Shown here: piece after piece, positions 38,174-47,912 of the stretch | Numbering within the stretch: position 1 is the first letter of the stretch | Layout: every line of letters starts with the position of its first letter | Position numbers and translations under genes: made by a program | DNA from: Gemmatimonadota bacterium | Lineage (GTDB): Bacteria; JAAXHH01 | DNA: 64,000 bases | Reading direction: 5' to 3' | Assembly (NCBI GenBank): GCA_009837395.1 | Contig: VXTP01000044.1 | Span: 17,062 to 81,061 of the forward strand | The notes under the pieces: generated by a model | What the model was told of the DNA's origin: nothing | Databases searched by the model: none | Seen by the model: the letters and a program-made list of their open reading frames with translations, nothing else

Positions 38174-38980
38174 GTGATCTTCATGTCTTCATGGAATCTG
38201 TTGAGCTGGAACGTGAACGGGGTAAGGGCGGTGGCGAAGAAGGGATTCATCGAGTGGCTCCAGGGGGAGGCGCCGGACATCCTGTGCATCCAGGAAACCA
38301 AATCCCAGGAGTCGCAGCTGGACGCCAAGATCACGGATGTCGACGGATACACGAGCTACTGGTCGGAAGCGGAGAAAAAAGGATACAGCGGCGTAGGTGT
38401 CTATACGCGCCACGAACCCATCAGCGTCGAGAAGGGGTTCGGCGAAGAGCGGTTCGATTCAGAAGGCCGGACCCTGGTGCTGGAGTATCCCGATTTCACC
38501 CTGTTCAACGTGTACTTCCCGAATGGCAAGCAGAACGCCCAGCGGCTGCAGTACAAGATGGACTTCTACGACACGATCCTCGCACACTGGGAATCCCTTC
38601 GCGCCGACGGCAAGAAACTGGTCATCTGCGGCGACGTAAATACAGCCCATAAAGCGATCGACCTCGCCCGGCCCAAGGACAACGAGAAGATCTCCGGGTT
38701 CCTGCCCATGGAGCGCGAGTGGATCGACAAGATCGTAGATATGGGTTACGTAGATACTTTCCGACAATACGACGAAGGGCCGGACAACTACACCTGGTGG
38801 CACCTCATGTCCGGAGCGAGAAAGCGGAACGTGGGCTGGCGCATTGATTACTTCTACGTAACCGAGGACCTGATGCCCTCAGTCTCCAACGCGTGGATCA
38901 TGCCGGACGTCATGGGATCGGATCACTGTCCGATCGGGATTGAGGTGGGGGTGGGTTTGGTGACATTGTCCTCAGTGTGA
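38174..38980 (+). CDS. xth: Exodeoxyribonuclease III
   Basis: SWNVNG, CIQETK, YFPNG, GDVNTAH, GWRIDY, SDHCP. Confidence 0.96.
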   Translation: MIFMSSWNLLSWNVNGVRAVAKKGFIEWLQGEAPDILCIQETKSQESQLDAKITDVDGYTSYWSEAEKKGYSGVGVYTRHEPISVEKGFGEERFDSEGRTLVLEYPDFTLFNVYFPNGKQNAQRLQYKMDFYDTILAHWESLRADGKKLVICGDVNTAHKAIDLARPKDNEKISGFLPMEREWIDKIVDMGYVDTFRQYDEGPDNYTWWHLMSGARKRNVGWRIDYFYVTEDLMPSVSNAWIMPDVMGSDHCPIGIEVGVGLVTLSSV

Positions 38981-39131
38981 AATTGGCTTGAATTCGATGC
39001 AGTTTATCTGAGTGTGTTTACTTGCCGATGCTGAGTAACGTATATCTTAATGCAAAACAGTAGCGATCTGGTATCTGGATCTGACTGAATATCCATGAAA
39101 GATCAATTGGATCAGAGAACGAAAGAGTCAT

Positions 39132-42100
39132 ATGACACTGGAAGACCTTCAGGCCAACTCCTCGGTAAGTGGAGTGCTCCCCGATAGTTACGTCACAGTA
39201 GTCAGCGTTCAGTGGTATGGTACGGATGCGCTAGAGTTGACCTACAAGACACCGACTGGTAAGGTCGCAAATGAGCTACTGTACCGTGACGATGAACAAC
39301 GTCTCGAAATCGTAGAAGAAGGTCGACCTTGGAGTTTCGACGGCGACGGTAAGCTTTTTCGCTTGGTCTCGGAAGCTCAGCGTATCCGCCTTGCTCACCT
39401 TTTTGATCCAGTATTAGCCGTACATACCTCTGTAGTTGAGCCATTACCCCATCAGATTACAGCAGTCTACGAATCCATGTTGCCAAGGCAACCACTGCGC
39501 TTTCTGCTCGCCGATGATCCAGGCGCAGGGAAGACCATCATGGCGGGACTGCTTATGAAGGAGTTGATTGCCCGAGGCGATCTTCAGCGCTGTCTTGTTG
39601 TATGTCCCGGCAGCTTAGCAGAGCAGTGGCAAGATGAGCTCAATCGTAGGTTTCATTTGCCCTTCGAAATCCTAACGAACGACAAACTTGAAGCAGCCCG
39701 AACGGGGAACTGGTTTCTTGAAGCGAACCTCGTAATAGCCAGACTGGACAAGCTATCACGCAATGAGGACGTGAAGCAGAAGCTACAAGCGCCGGACTGT
39801 CGCTGGGACCTTGTTGTATGCGACGAGGCGCATAAGATGTCTGCTTCGTTCTTCGGCCGAGAGATCAAGTACACGAAGCGCTACCAACTGGGTCAACTGT
39901 TATCGGGCTTAACCCGTCATTTTCTTTTGATGACAGCCACCCCGCACAACGGGAAAGAAGAAGATTTTCAGCTTTTCATGGCACTTATCGATGGTGATCG
40001 TTTCGAAGGACGGTTTCGTGATGGCGTTCATGTCGCGGATGTTTCTGACCTGATGCGGCGCATGGTAAAAGAGAATCTGCTTAAGTTCGATGGAACCCCA
40101 CTTTTTCCTGAACGAATCGCTTACACGGTACCTTACAAACTGTCCGATGAGGAAGCCCATCTTTACCGGGCCGTTACCGAGTACGTACGTGAGGAGTTTA
40201 ACCGCGCTGAAGCGCTTAAAAACGATAAGCGAGCCGGCACCGTCGGCTTCGCCTTGACAATCCTGCAACGCCGATTGGCCTCTTCGCCAGAAGCAATCCA
40301 CCAGTCCCTACGTCGACGTCGTGAACGTTTGGAAAGTCGATTGAGGGAGCTAGAATTGCTGCAGCGAGGTAGTCAGACCGATTTCCCATTTGATTCTGCC
40401 GGACCGGAACTTGACGCAGAAGATGTCGAGGACCTCGACGAAGCGCCTGACAGTGAGGTCGAAGCGGCCGAGGAGGAAGTTCTAGACCAGGCAACCGCAG
40501 CGCGATCAATCGACGAATTGAAGGCCGAGATAAATACACTCAAGAAACTGGAAAGTCTTGCCCTTGGCGTACGACAAAGCGGGTCCGACACCAAATGGCG
40601 GGAGCTAGCAGATCTCTTAGGTGAGATATTCACCACGGGCGGGTCTACAGGACGAATTGCCGAGCCGGATTTACCGTACCGGGCTGGGGAAATCCCCAAA
40701 CCCACCTCGTCTGCAAGACAAAAACTGGTCATCTTTACCGAACATAGGGATACGTTGCGTTATCTGCAGGGACGAATAACGACTCTGCTGGGACGTGAGG
40801 AGTCCGTCGTGCTGATACACGGAGGCGTGGGACGTGAGGAACGACTTAAAGCACAGGAAGCTTTCCGTCACGACCCCGATGTGCAGGTGCTGCTTGCCAC
40901 CGACGCGGCGGGAGAAGGTATAAATCTGCAACGTGCGCATTTAATGGTGAATTACGATCTGCCTTGGAACCCCAATCGATTGGAACAACGCTTCGGGCGA
41001 ATACACCGTATCGGTCAGACCGAAGTTTGTCATCTTTGGAACTTGGTCGCGAACGAAACGCGCGAGGGCGACGTATATAGCACACTCCTCGAGAAGCTGG
41101 AGCAAGCCCGTCAAACTCTCGGTGGTCAAGTGTTCGACGTACTTGGAAAGCTGCAATTTGAGGGGCGGCCCCTACGCGATTTATTAGTCGAGGCGGTACG
41201 ATACGGGGAGAGACCGGAGGTTCGAGCCCGGTTGACTACCGCGGTCGATCATGCCCTTGACCGTGATCGGCTTCAGGATCTATTGGATGAGCGTGCTCTT
41301 GCGCACGATGCTATGGATTCAAGCGGTGTACACCGAATACGTGAGGACATGGAACGGGCCGAAGCACGCCGTCTGCAACCCCACTACGTCGAGTCGTTCT
41401 TCAGTGAGTCGTTCAAATTGCTGGGAGGAACAGTAAAACAACGCGAAGCTCGTCGATACGAGATCACCCATGTTCCCTCGTCAGTTCGGAACAGGGACAG
41501 ATTGATTGGTATCGTTGAACCGATACTGCCACGGTATGAACGTATAACCTTCGAGAAATCGCTGGTCGCACCTCAGGGTCAGCCGCTGGCTGCATTTGTT
41601 TGCCCAGGACACCCTTTGCTCGATGCAGTAATCGACCTGACGCTGGAACGAAATCGTAATCTCTTGAAACGTGGAACAGTTTTAGTCGACGAAAGTGATT
41701 TTGGTGATAAGCCCCATGTACTTTTTTATCTCGAGCATGCAATCCAGGATGCGAGCCAGACGCGCTCGGAGGAACGCCGAGTCGTCTCCAGACGCATGCT
41801 GTATGTCGAGATTGATTCGGAGGGTGTGGCACGGCCTGTGCATCACGCGCCTTATCTAGACCTTAGACCACTTTCCGAAGATGAACCCAGCTTGGAAGCC
41901 GTACTGGGCCGACCGGAGTGTGCTTGGATCAACCGGGAGTTGGAAAAGAAGGCACAAAGCTATGCCGTTGCTAATGTGGTTCACGAGCATTTGACAGAGA
42001 TTCGCGATTCAAAACTAGCCCTGATATCTAAGACTGTAGCCGCGGTAAAGGACCGACTCACAAAGGAGATCACCTACTGGGATCATCGAGCAGAACAGCT

Positions 42101-42710
42101 CAAGCTACAGGAGCAGGCCGGAAAGACCGGCGTCCGTCTGAATTCCGGCGAGGCACGTAAAAGGGCCGACATGCTACAAGCGCGCCTGCAGAAGCGGCTG
42201 GAGGAACTTGAACTCGAAGCACAGATCTCTCCTCTGCCTCCGGTTGTATTGGGAGGACTACTGGTTGTGCCTAAAGGACTCATCGATGAGATGGTCGGGC
42301 GTGATTCGACGGATAGAGTTTCAGCTTTAGATACGCAGGAATCTGCCGCACGTGCTCGTAACATTGTCATGGAAGTCGAGCGGAGTTTAGGATATGAACC
42401 AGTCGACCGAGAGTTCGAGAAACTGGGTTACGACATCGAAAGCGTAGTACCTGAAAGCGGAAAGTTAAGGTTTATCGAGGTAAAGGGTCGTATCAGCGGG
42501 GCATCAACGATAACGGTGACCCGTAACGAAATCCTCTGTTCCCTCAATAAACCGGATGACTATATCCTAGCCATCGTGGAATTCAAGGATGGAACAGACT
42601 ATCAGGTTCACTACGTACGCGAACCTTTCAAACGTGAACCAGACTTTGGGGTAACGAGTGTCAATTATGATTTTGGCGAGTTGCTCGATCGGACACAAGA
42701 TCCGTCTTAA
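39132..42710 (+). CDS. SNF2-family helicase with C-terminal DUF3883 (NOV_C) nuclease-like domain
   Basis: LADDPGAGKT, DEAH, TATPH, QRFGRIHRIGQ; C-terminal GYDIES...RFIEVKG. Confidence 0.93.
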   Translation: MTLEDLQANSSVSGVLPDSYVTVVSVQWYGTDALELTYKTPTGKVANELLYRDDEQRLEIVEEGRPWSFDGDGKLFRLVSEAQRIRLAHLFDPVLAVHTSVVEPLPHQITAVYESMLPRQPLRFLLADDPGAGKTIMAGLLMKELIARGDLQRCLVVCPGSLAEQWQDELNRRFHLPFEILTNDKLEAARTGNWFLEANLVIARLDKLSRNEDVKQKLQAPDCRWDLVVCDEAHKMSASFFGREIKYTKRYQLGQLLSGLTRHFLLMTATPHNGKEEDFQLFMALIDGDRFEGRFRDGVHVADVSDLMRRMVKENLLKFDGTPLFPERIAYTVPYKLSDEEAHLYRAVTEYVREEFNRAEALKNDKRAGTVGFALTILQRRLASSPEAIHQSLRRRRERLESRLRELELLQRGSQTDFPFDSAGPELDAEDVEDLDEAPDSEVEAAEEEVLDQATAARSIDELKAEINTLKKLESLALGVRQSGSDTKWRELADLLGEIFTTGGSTGRIAEPDLPYRAGEIPKPTSSARQKLVIFTEHRDTLRYLQGRITTLLGREESVVLIHGGVGREERLKAQEAFRHDPDVQVLLATDAAGEGINLQRAHLMVNYDLPWNPNRLEQRFGRIHRIGQTEVCHLWNLVANETREGDVYSTLLEKLEQARQTLGGQVFDVLGKLQFEGRPLRDLLVEAVRYGERPEVRARLTTAVDHALDRDRLQDLLDERALAHDAMDSSGVHRIREDMERAEARRLQPHYVESFFSESFKLLGGTVKQREARRYEITHVPSSVRNRDRLIGIVEPILPRYERITFEKSLVAPQGQPLAAFVCPGHPLLDAVIDLTLERNRNLLKRGTVLVDESDFGDKPHVLFYLEHAIQDASQTRSEERRVVSRRMLYVEIDSEGVARPVHHAPYLDLRPLSEDEPSLEAVLGRPECAWINRELEKKAQSYAVANVVHEHLTEIRDSKLALISKTVAAVKDRLTKEITYWDHRAEQLKLQEQAGKTGVRLNSGEARKRADMLQARLQKRLEELELEAQISPLPPVVLGGLLVVPKGLIDEMVGRDSTDRVSALDTQESAARARNIVMEVERSLGYEPVDREFEKLGYDIESVVPESGKLRFIEVKGRISGASTITVTRNEILCSLNKPDDYILAIVEFKDGTDYQVHYVREPFKREPDFGVTSVNYDFGELLDRTQDPS

Positions 42711-42956
42711 ATCTGTCAAAGAACCCAAGAAACAATAAAAACAGTGCACCTCAACGAAGACTATCTTACAAATTGACCGATTAACTTTGCAACTGAAATG
42801 GTTGAGTCCATTCGATACTGGCAATCGGATACATTGAGTTTTGGTTTACACAGCGGTAATTTGTAGCAACACGGTCGATACCGAAATCCAACACTAACAA
42901 GCCGGAAACTTGCGAGTATAGTAACCGTAATAGATTACCCGAATGGAGAATACACC

Positions 42957-44474
42957 ATGAACGGTTTAAACATCGAAGAACCTCTCGACCTCGAAGTGAC
43001 TGATTTCGGTCCGATCGTTGAGGCAAAGATCGATCTGCGCCCATTGACTGTATTCGTTGGACCAAGCAATACAGGGAAATCCTATCTGGCGATACTTATC
43101 TATGCACTACATCGAGTTTTCAGTGGCGATGAAATGTGGAGATCTTCTAGGCACTTTGCCTCAAGGCATCGAATGTTGCGACGTAACAGATCAAAGAATC
43201 TGTCGCAAAAAGCAATCACTGCTATTTGGGAATTGCTGGATAAACTGGTTGCAGACAAAAATAGACTTAAATCTGGAGGAAACTTTGTTCTCCATCCCCC
43301 AGTATTAGATGCGATTCATTCTGCGTATGCGGTAAGCGGTAACCAACTTGGCAATGAATTTGATCGATGCTACGGCATTGACGCAGGCACACTGATTCGT
43401 AAGGGAAGCAGAAAGGGCACACGTCTTGCTTTTCGAAAACCACTATCTAACGATTCGGCACCTATTGAATACGAGCTAGAAATTAGAGCGAACAACATCG
43501 AATACGGAATGACAATCCCCCAAGATGCATCGATACAGATTGATGTCGAGAAGGGGAACATGCTGATGGAGAACTTTCTATTTGATTCCAACGAGCTTGT
43601 AGCCATGGGGCGCCAAGGATCCGAAGAGAGACACGAAATAGCTTGGTACCTGATGGATGCTCTTTGTGATCTCGCCTGGCCTCAACTTACAGGTCCTCTA
43701 TATCGACCTGCATTTTATCTTCCTGCCGATCGGACTGGAGTAATGCACGCACACCGTGTAGTCGTAAGCGCCATGATCGGAAGCGCGCGGATGACAGGAT
43801 TGCGTCCTACAGGACAAACGCCCATGCTCTCTGGAGTTCTGGCAGATTTTCTTCAGCAATTAATCGATATCGACCATCCGCCTAGTGGACGCCGAAAGAA
43901 ACAAGGTGATCTCGGCAGCAGTATCGAAGAGTCGATTCTTGGAGGATCAGTACGAGTCGATAGATCAGAGATGATCGATTACCCTCACTTTACCTATAAA
44001 CCTAGGGGATGGAAGGAACCGCTACATTTGATGAATGCTTCGTCTATGGTTTCGGAACTTGCACCGGTGGTGCTGTACCTGCGACATGTAGTGGAACGCG
44101 GCAATCTCCTAATTGTCGAGGAACCGGAATCGCATCTACATCCGGCAATGCAGGTCGAGTTTACCCGCCAACTCGCATTGCTTGTACAAAAAGGGGTCAG
44201 GGTGATAATAACGACGCACAGCGAATGGATACTGGAGGAACTCGCCAATGTAGTACGGCGCTCTGAACTGCCTGATACTCGACGTCAAGAAGTCTCACAA
44301 GGCAATTACTCATTAAGTTCGGATCAGGTAGGTGTGTGGTTATTCAAACCACAGTTAAAGCCCAAGGGATCGTTGGTAGAGGAAATCCCTATTGACGATT
44401 CGGGTCTATATCCATCTGGTTTCGAAGTGGTAGCGACCGCACTACATAATGATTGGGCCGAAATTTCTAGATAG
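42957..44474 (+). CDS. ABC-type ATPase (AAA_15/AAA_21 family)
   Basis: DFGPI, Walker A GPSNTGKS, ASSMVSEL, Walker B IVEEPESHLHP, ITTHS; no TM segments. Confidence 0.92.
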   Translation: MNGLNIEEPLDLEVTDFGPIVEAKIDLRPLTVFVGPSNTGKSYLAILIYALHRVFSGDEMWRSSRHFASRHRMLRRNRSKNLSQKAITAIWELLDKLVADKNRLKSGGNFVLHPPVLDAIHSAYAVSGNQLGNEFDRCYGIDAGTLIRKGSRKGTRLAFRKPLSNDSAPIEYELEIRANNIEYGMTIPQDASIQIDVEKGNMLMENFLFDSNELVAMGRQGSEERHEIAWYLMDALCDLAWPQLTGPLYRPAFYLPADRTGVMHAHRVVVSAMIGSARMTGLRPTGQTPMLSGVLADFLQQLIDIDHPPSGRRKKQGDLGSSIEESILGGSVRVDRSEMIDYPHFTYKPRGWKEPLHLMNASSMVSELAPVVLYLRHVVERGNLLIVEEPESHLHPAMQVEFTRQLALLVQKGVRVIITTHSEWILEELANVVRRSELPDTRRQEVSQGNYSLSSDQVGVWLFKPQLKPKGSLVEEIPIDDSGLYPSGFEVVATALHNDWAEISR

Positions 44475-44488
44475 AGTGGAGAGGTCAA

Positions 44489-44968
44489 ATGAACGGGTTG
44501 GTGGCAATGGTTCGCAATAAAGTCCACGAATCGTGTTTGACAAACGGACGCATCAGAAAAAGCGGATGCTCTGCGAATCTAAATGGAGCACCGCAGCCGC
44601 GTTTAATTATAGATTTCGATAGACCCGGCGCACCAATTGGTCCTAGCCAGGGACGCTGCGACTATCTGTTCGTGGCGACTGGCGAAGAGAGTTGGGATTG
44701 GGTCGCACCTTTAGAATTAAAAAGGGGTGACTTTGACGCCAGCCAAATAGTCGGACAGCTTAAAGCAGGTGCTCGTTCCGCAGAGAACCTAATCCCTCAG
44801 AATGCACCGGTAGAATTCCGACCTGTCGCTGTATTTGGCGGAGGAATACGTAAAGCAGAACGAAACGCACTAAAGATAAGGTCCAACCGCGTGCGGTTCC
44901 ATTTAACTTACGAATCCATAAGGTTAATAAAGTGTGGTGGCCTATTGACCGGAGGCCTTCATCCGTGA
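44489..44968 (+). CDS. Hypothetical protein, putative PD-(D/E)XK nuclease fold
   Basis: GGAGAGG RBS; RCDYL...LELK...QL pattern; stop overlaps the next GTG. Confidence 0.7.
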   Translation: MNGLVAMVRNKVHESCLTNGRIRKSGCSANLNGAPQPRLIIDFDRPGAPIGPSQGRCDYLFVATGEESWDWVAPLELKRGDFDASQIVGQLKAGARSAENLIPQNAPVEFRPVAVFGGGIRKAERNALKIRSNRVRFHLTYESIRLIKCGGLLTGGLHP

Positions 44969-47877
44969 ATTCGATTGTAGCTAAAACTCGAAAAAAGCTC
45001 ATCGAGGTAGCTCTCCCTCTCGACGCCATCAACATAGCCTCGGCACGAGAGAAGTCTATCCGGCACGGGCATCCTAGCACGTTACACTTGTGGTGGGCAC
45101 GGCGGCCATTGGCAGCCGCGAGGGCTGTCATTTTCGCGCAAATGGTCGACGATCCTTCGAGCTCGCCTGATTTATTCACAACAGGAAAGGCGCAAGAAAA
45201 GGAGCGTCGTCGACTATTTCGCATTATTGAAGAACTGGTGAAGTGGGAAAACACCAACAATGAGCAGTTACTACAGCAGGCTCGCGACGAGATCTGGCAG
45301 AGTTGGCGGCGAGCTTGCGCAGAGAATTCCGATCATCCACAGGCCAGGGAACTGTTTGAGCGGTACGAACTTCCTGCGTTTCACGATCCCTTTGCCGGTG
45401 GTGGTGCACTGCCACTTGAAGCGCAGCGGCTTGGTCTCAAAGCCCATGCCAGCGACCTAAATCCAGTAGCAGTACTTATTAACAAAGCAATGATCGAAAT
45501 CCCACCGAAGTTCGCTGGTAGAACACCGGTGAATCCGGAAACTCGACCTGGTGGTGTTTCCGATAAGGGAACTCTAATAGAGCACGACTGGATGGGCGCG
45601 AAGGGTCTAGCCGAGGACATACGCTACTACGGTCAGTGGATGCACCGCGAAGCCGAGAAACGGATCGGTCATTTGTATCCGAAAGTTGAGATCACCGATG
45701 AAATGGTCCAGGAAAGGTCTGATCTTGAACGATTCAAAGGTAACAAACTGACAGTAATTGCGTGGCTATGGGCTCGAACTGTGAGAAGTCCGAATCCTGC
45801 GTTTGCTGATGTTGATGTACCGTTGGCTTCCTCATTTATGCTTTCAACAAAAAAAGGCAAAGAGGTCTATGTTGAGCCCGTGATTGAAGGAAAGGAATAC
45901 CGGTTTGTGGTAAAGATAGGTAAGCCGAAGGATGTAGATGCCAAAAAGAGAGGGACCACGTTAGGTAAGCGCCAGGCATTTCGATGCTTGATGTCTAACA
46001 CACCAGTAACATATGACCATATCCGAGCAGAAGGTAAAGCCGGACGTTTGGGTAGGCGATTGATGGCCATTGTTGCAGAAAGTGATCGTGGTCGTATATA
46101 CCTTACTTCAACATCCGAACATGAAATAGCGGCGTCAACAGCAACACCGAACTGGAAGCCCAATATCCAACTACCCATAAACCCAAGAGATTTTATGACC
46201 CCTAATTATGGCATAGATACCTTCGCCGATCTCTTTACTGATCGTCAACTTGTTGCACTTACCACCTTCTCTAATTTGGTATCTGAAGCGATGGAGCGTG
46301 TAAAGCGGGATGCCAGTATCGATATAGCACAGGACAAGCGACCACTGCGGGAAGGAGGTGGTGGTGTGACGGCGTATGCTGAGGCGGTAGGAGTGTATTT
46401 GGCGATGGCGGTGAATCGTATGGCAAATACTCTATGTACAGTTGCACGTTGGACCACGGGACGTGAGCAAACAGTTACTGCATTTGCGCGACAAGCAATT
46501 CCAATGACCTGGGATTATCCTGACGTTAATCCATTTGCTGGTGCTGCTGGTGACTATGCTGTGTCCGTAAAGGGAGTAGTTAAGGGAATAACAAGTGTCA
46601 CTGATGTCGATGGCAGTGCAAACCTCGAAGATGCATCAGTTCAAACCGTCAGTGTCTCAAAAGTCATCTCCACCGACCCACCATACTATGATAACATTAA
46701 TTACGCTGACCTCTCCGACTTCTTCTACGTTTGGTTGCGACGTGCTCTACGTCCTATTTTCCCTAACCTCTTTTCCACCGTCGTCGTCCCCAAGACTGAA
46801 GAATTGGTTGCCACTCCCTATCGGCACGGTAGCAAGGAAAAGGCGGAGACGTTCTTTCTCGACGGTATGACACGAGCAATGGGGCGTCTCGCAACGCAAT
46901 CACATCCATGTTTTCCAGTCACGATTTACTATGCATTCAAACAGTCCGAGACCAAAGAGAGTGGGGGTACTTCAAGTACAGGATGGGAGACTTTTCTCGA
47001 TGCAGTAATCCGCGCTGGCTTCAGAATTACGGGTACGTGGCCCATGCGGACTGAACTTGGTAATCGCATGATCGGAGCTGGCACGAACGTCCTAGCCTCT
47101 AGCATAGTTCTTGTCTGCCGTCAGTCGCCTTCCAGCTCACCGTTAGCAACCCGACGCGATTTCATCAACGCACTAAGGACCGAACTACCAACCTCCCTTC
47201 TCCATCTGCAATCCGGCAACGTCGCACCGGTCGATCTCGCCCAAGCCTCCATTGGACCGGGTATGTCTATATACACACGCTACGCCAAGGTACTAGACTC
47301 CGAAGGCAAGCCTGTCTCTGTGCATGACGCCCTAGCGTTAATCAACCGGATTCTTGACGAAGTACTGGCAGAGCAGGAAGGCGATTTCGATGCCGACAGT
47401 CGCTGGGCACTTGCTTGGTTCGAGCAATACGGTTTTGAGGTTGGTGAATACGGAGTCGCTGAGACATTATCCAAGGCCAAGAATACCAGCATTGATGGAA
47501 TCGCCGAGGGTGGTATCCTTGTATCAAAATCTGGCAAAGTAAGGCTGCTGAGACCTGAGGAGTTAGACGACGAATGGGATCCAATGTCCGATACACGGAT
47601 CTCCGTAAGGGAGGCTGTCCACCGTCTAATCAGCGCGCAGGAGACCTATGGCGAAGAAGGAGCAGCTCGGTTGGCGGCTCGTTTAGGAAGCTGGGCCGAT
47701 GTCGCTCGCGAAATGGCTTATCGTCTTTATACAATTTGCGAACGCAAGAATCGCGCCGCGGAAGCGCTCACCTACAATAGTTTGGTGCAGAGCTGGCCAG
47801 AGATTGCCCGCCTATCACAACAGGAAGACTCGGGTGTACAGGATAACCTGTTCGGTGACAGAATCGATCATTCATAG
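44965..47877 (+). CDS. DUF1156 domain adenine DNA methyltransferase
   Basis: KKLIEVALPL, LHLWWARRPL, DPFAGGG (motif I), TDPPYYDN (motif IV). Confidence 0.93.
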   Translation: MNSIVAKTRKKLIEVALPLDAINIASAREKSIRHGHPSTLHLWWARRPLAAARAVIFAQMVDDPSSSPDLFTTGKAQEKERRRLFRIIEELVKWENTNNEQLLQQARDEIWQSWRRACAENSDHPQARELFERYELPAFHDPFAGGGALPLEAQRLGLKAHASDLNPVAVLINKAMIEIPPKFAGRTPVNPETRPGGVSDKGTLIEHDWMGAKGLAEDIRYYGQWMHREAEKRIGHLYPKVEITDEMVQERSDLERFKGNKLTVIAWLWARTVRSPNPAFADVDVPLASSFMLSTKKGKEVYVEPVIEGKEYRFVVKIGKPKDVDAKKRGTTLGKRQAFRCLMSNTPVTYDHIRAEGKAGRLGRRLMAIVAESDRGRIYLTSTSEHEIAASTATPNWKPNIQLPINPRDFMTPNYGIDTFADLFTDRQLVALTTFSNLVSEAMERVKRDASIDIAQDKRPLREGGGGVTAYAEAVGVYLAMAVNRMANTLCTVARWTTGREQTVTAFARQAIPMTWDYPDVNPFAGAAGDYAVSVKGVVKGITSVTDVDGSANLEDASVQTVSVSKVISTDPPYYDNINYADLSDFFYVWLRRALRPIFPNLFSTVVVPKTEELVATPYRHGSKEKAETFFLDGMTRAMGRLATQSHPCFPVTIYYAFKQSETKESGGTSSTGWETFLDAVIRAGFRITGTWPMRTELGNRMIGAGTNVLASSIVLVCRQSPSSSPLATRRDFINALRTELPTSLLHLQSGNVAPVDLAQASIGPGMSIYTRYAKVLDSEGKPVSVHDALALINRILDEVLAEQEGDFDADSRWALAWFEQYGFEVGEYGVAETLSKAKNTSIDGIAEGGILVSKSGKVRLLRPEELDDEWDPMSDTRISVREAVHRLISAQETYGEEGAARLAARLGSWADVAREMAYRLYTICERKNRAAEALTYNSLVQSWPEIARLSQQEDSGVQDNLFGDRIDHS

Positions 47878-47912
47878 CATGCGAAACTTAGCTTTGATAC
47901 AAAGAGGATAGA

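Noticed and set aside
45849-45855. A7 tract in the methyltransferase as a phase-variation switch
   Set aside because: Too short, in frame, and in an AT-rich segment.
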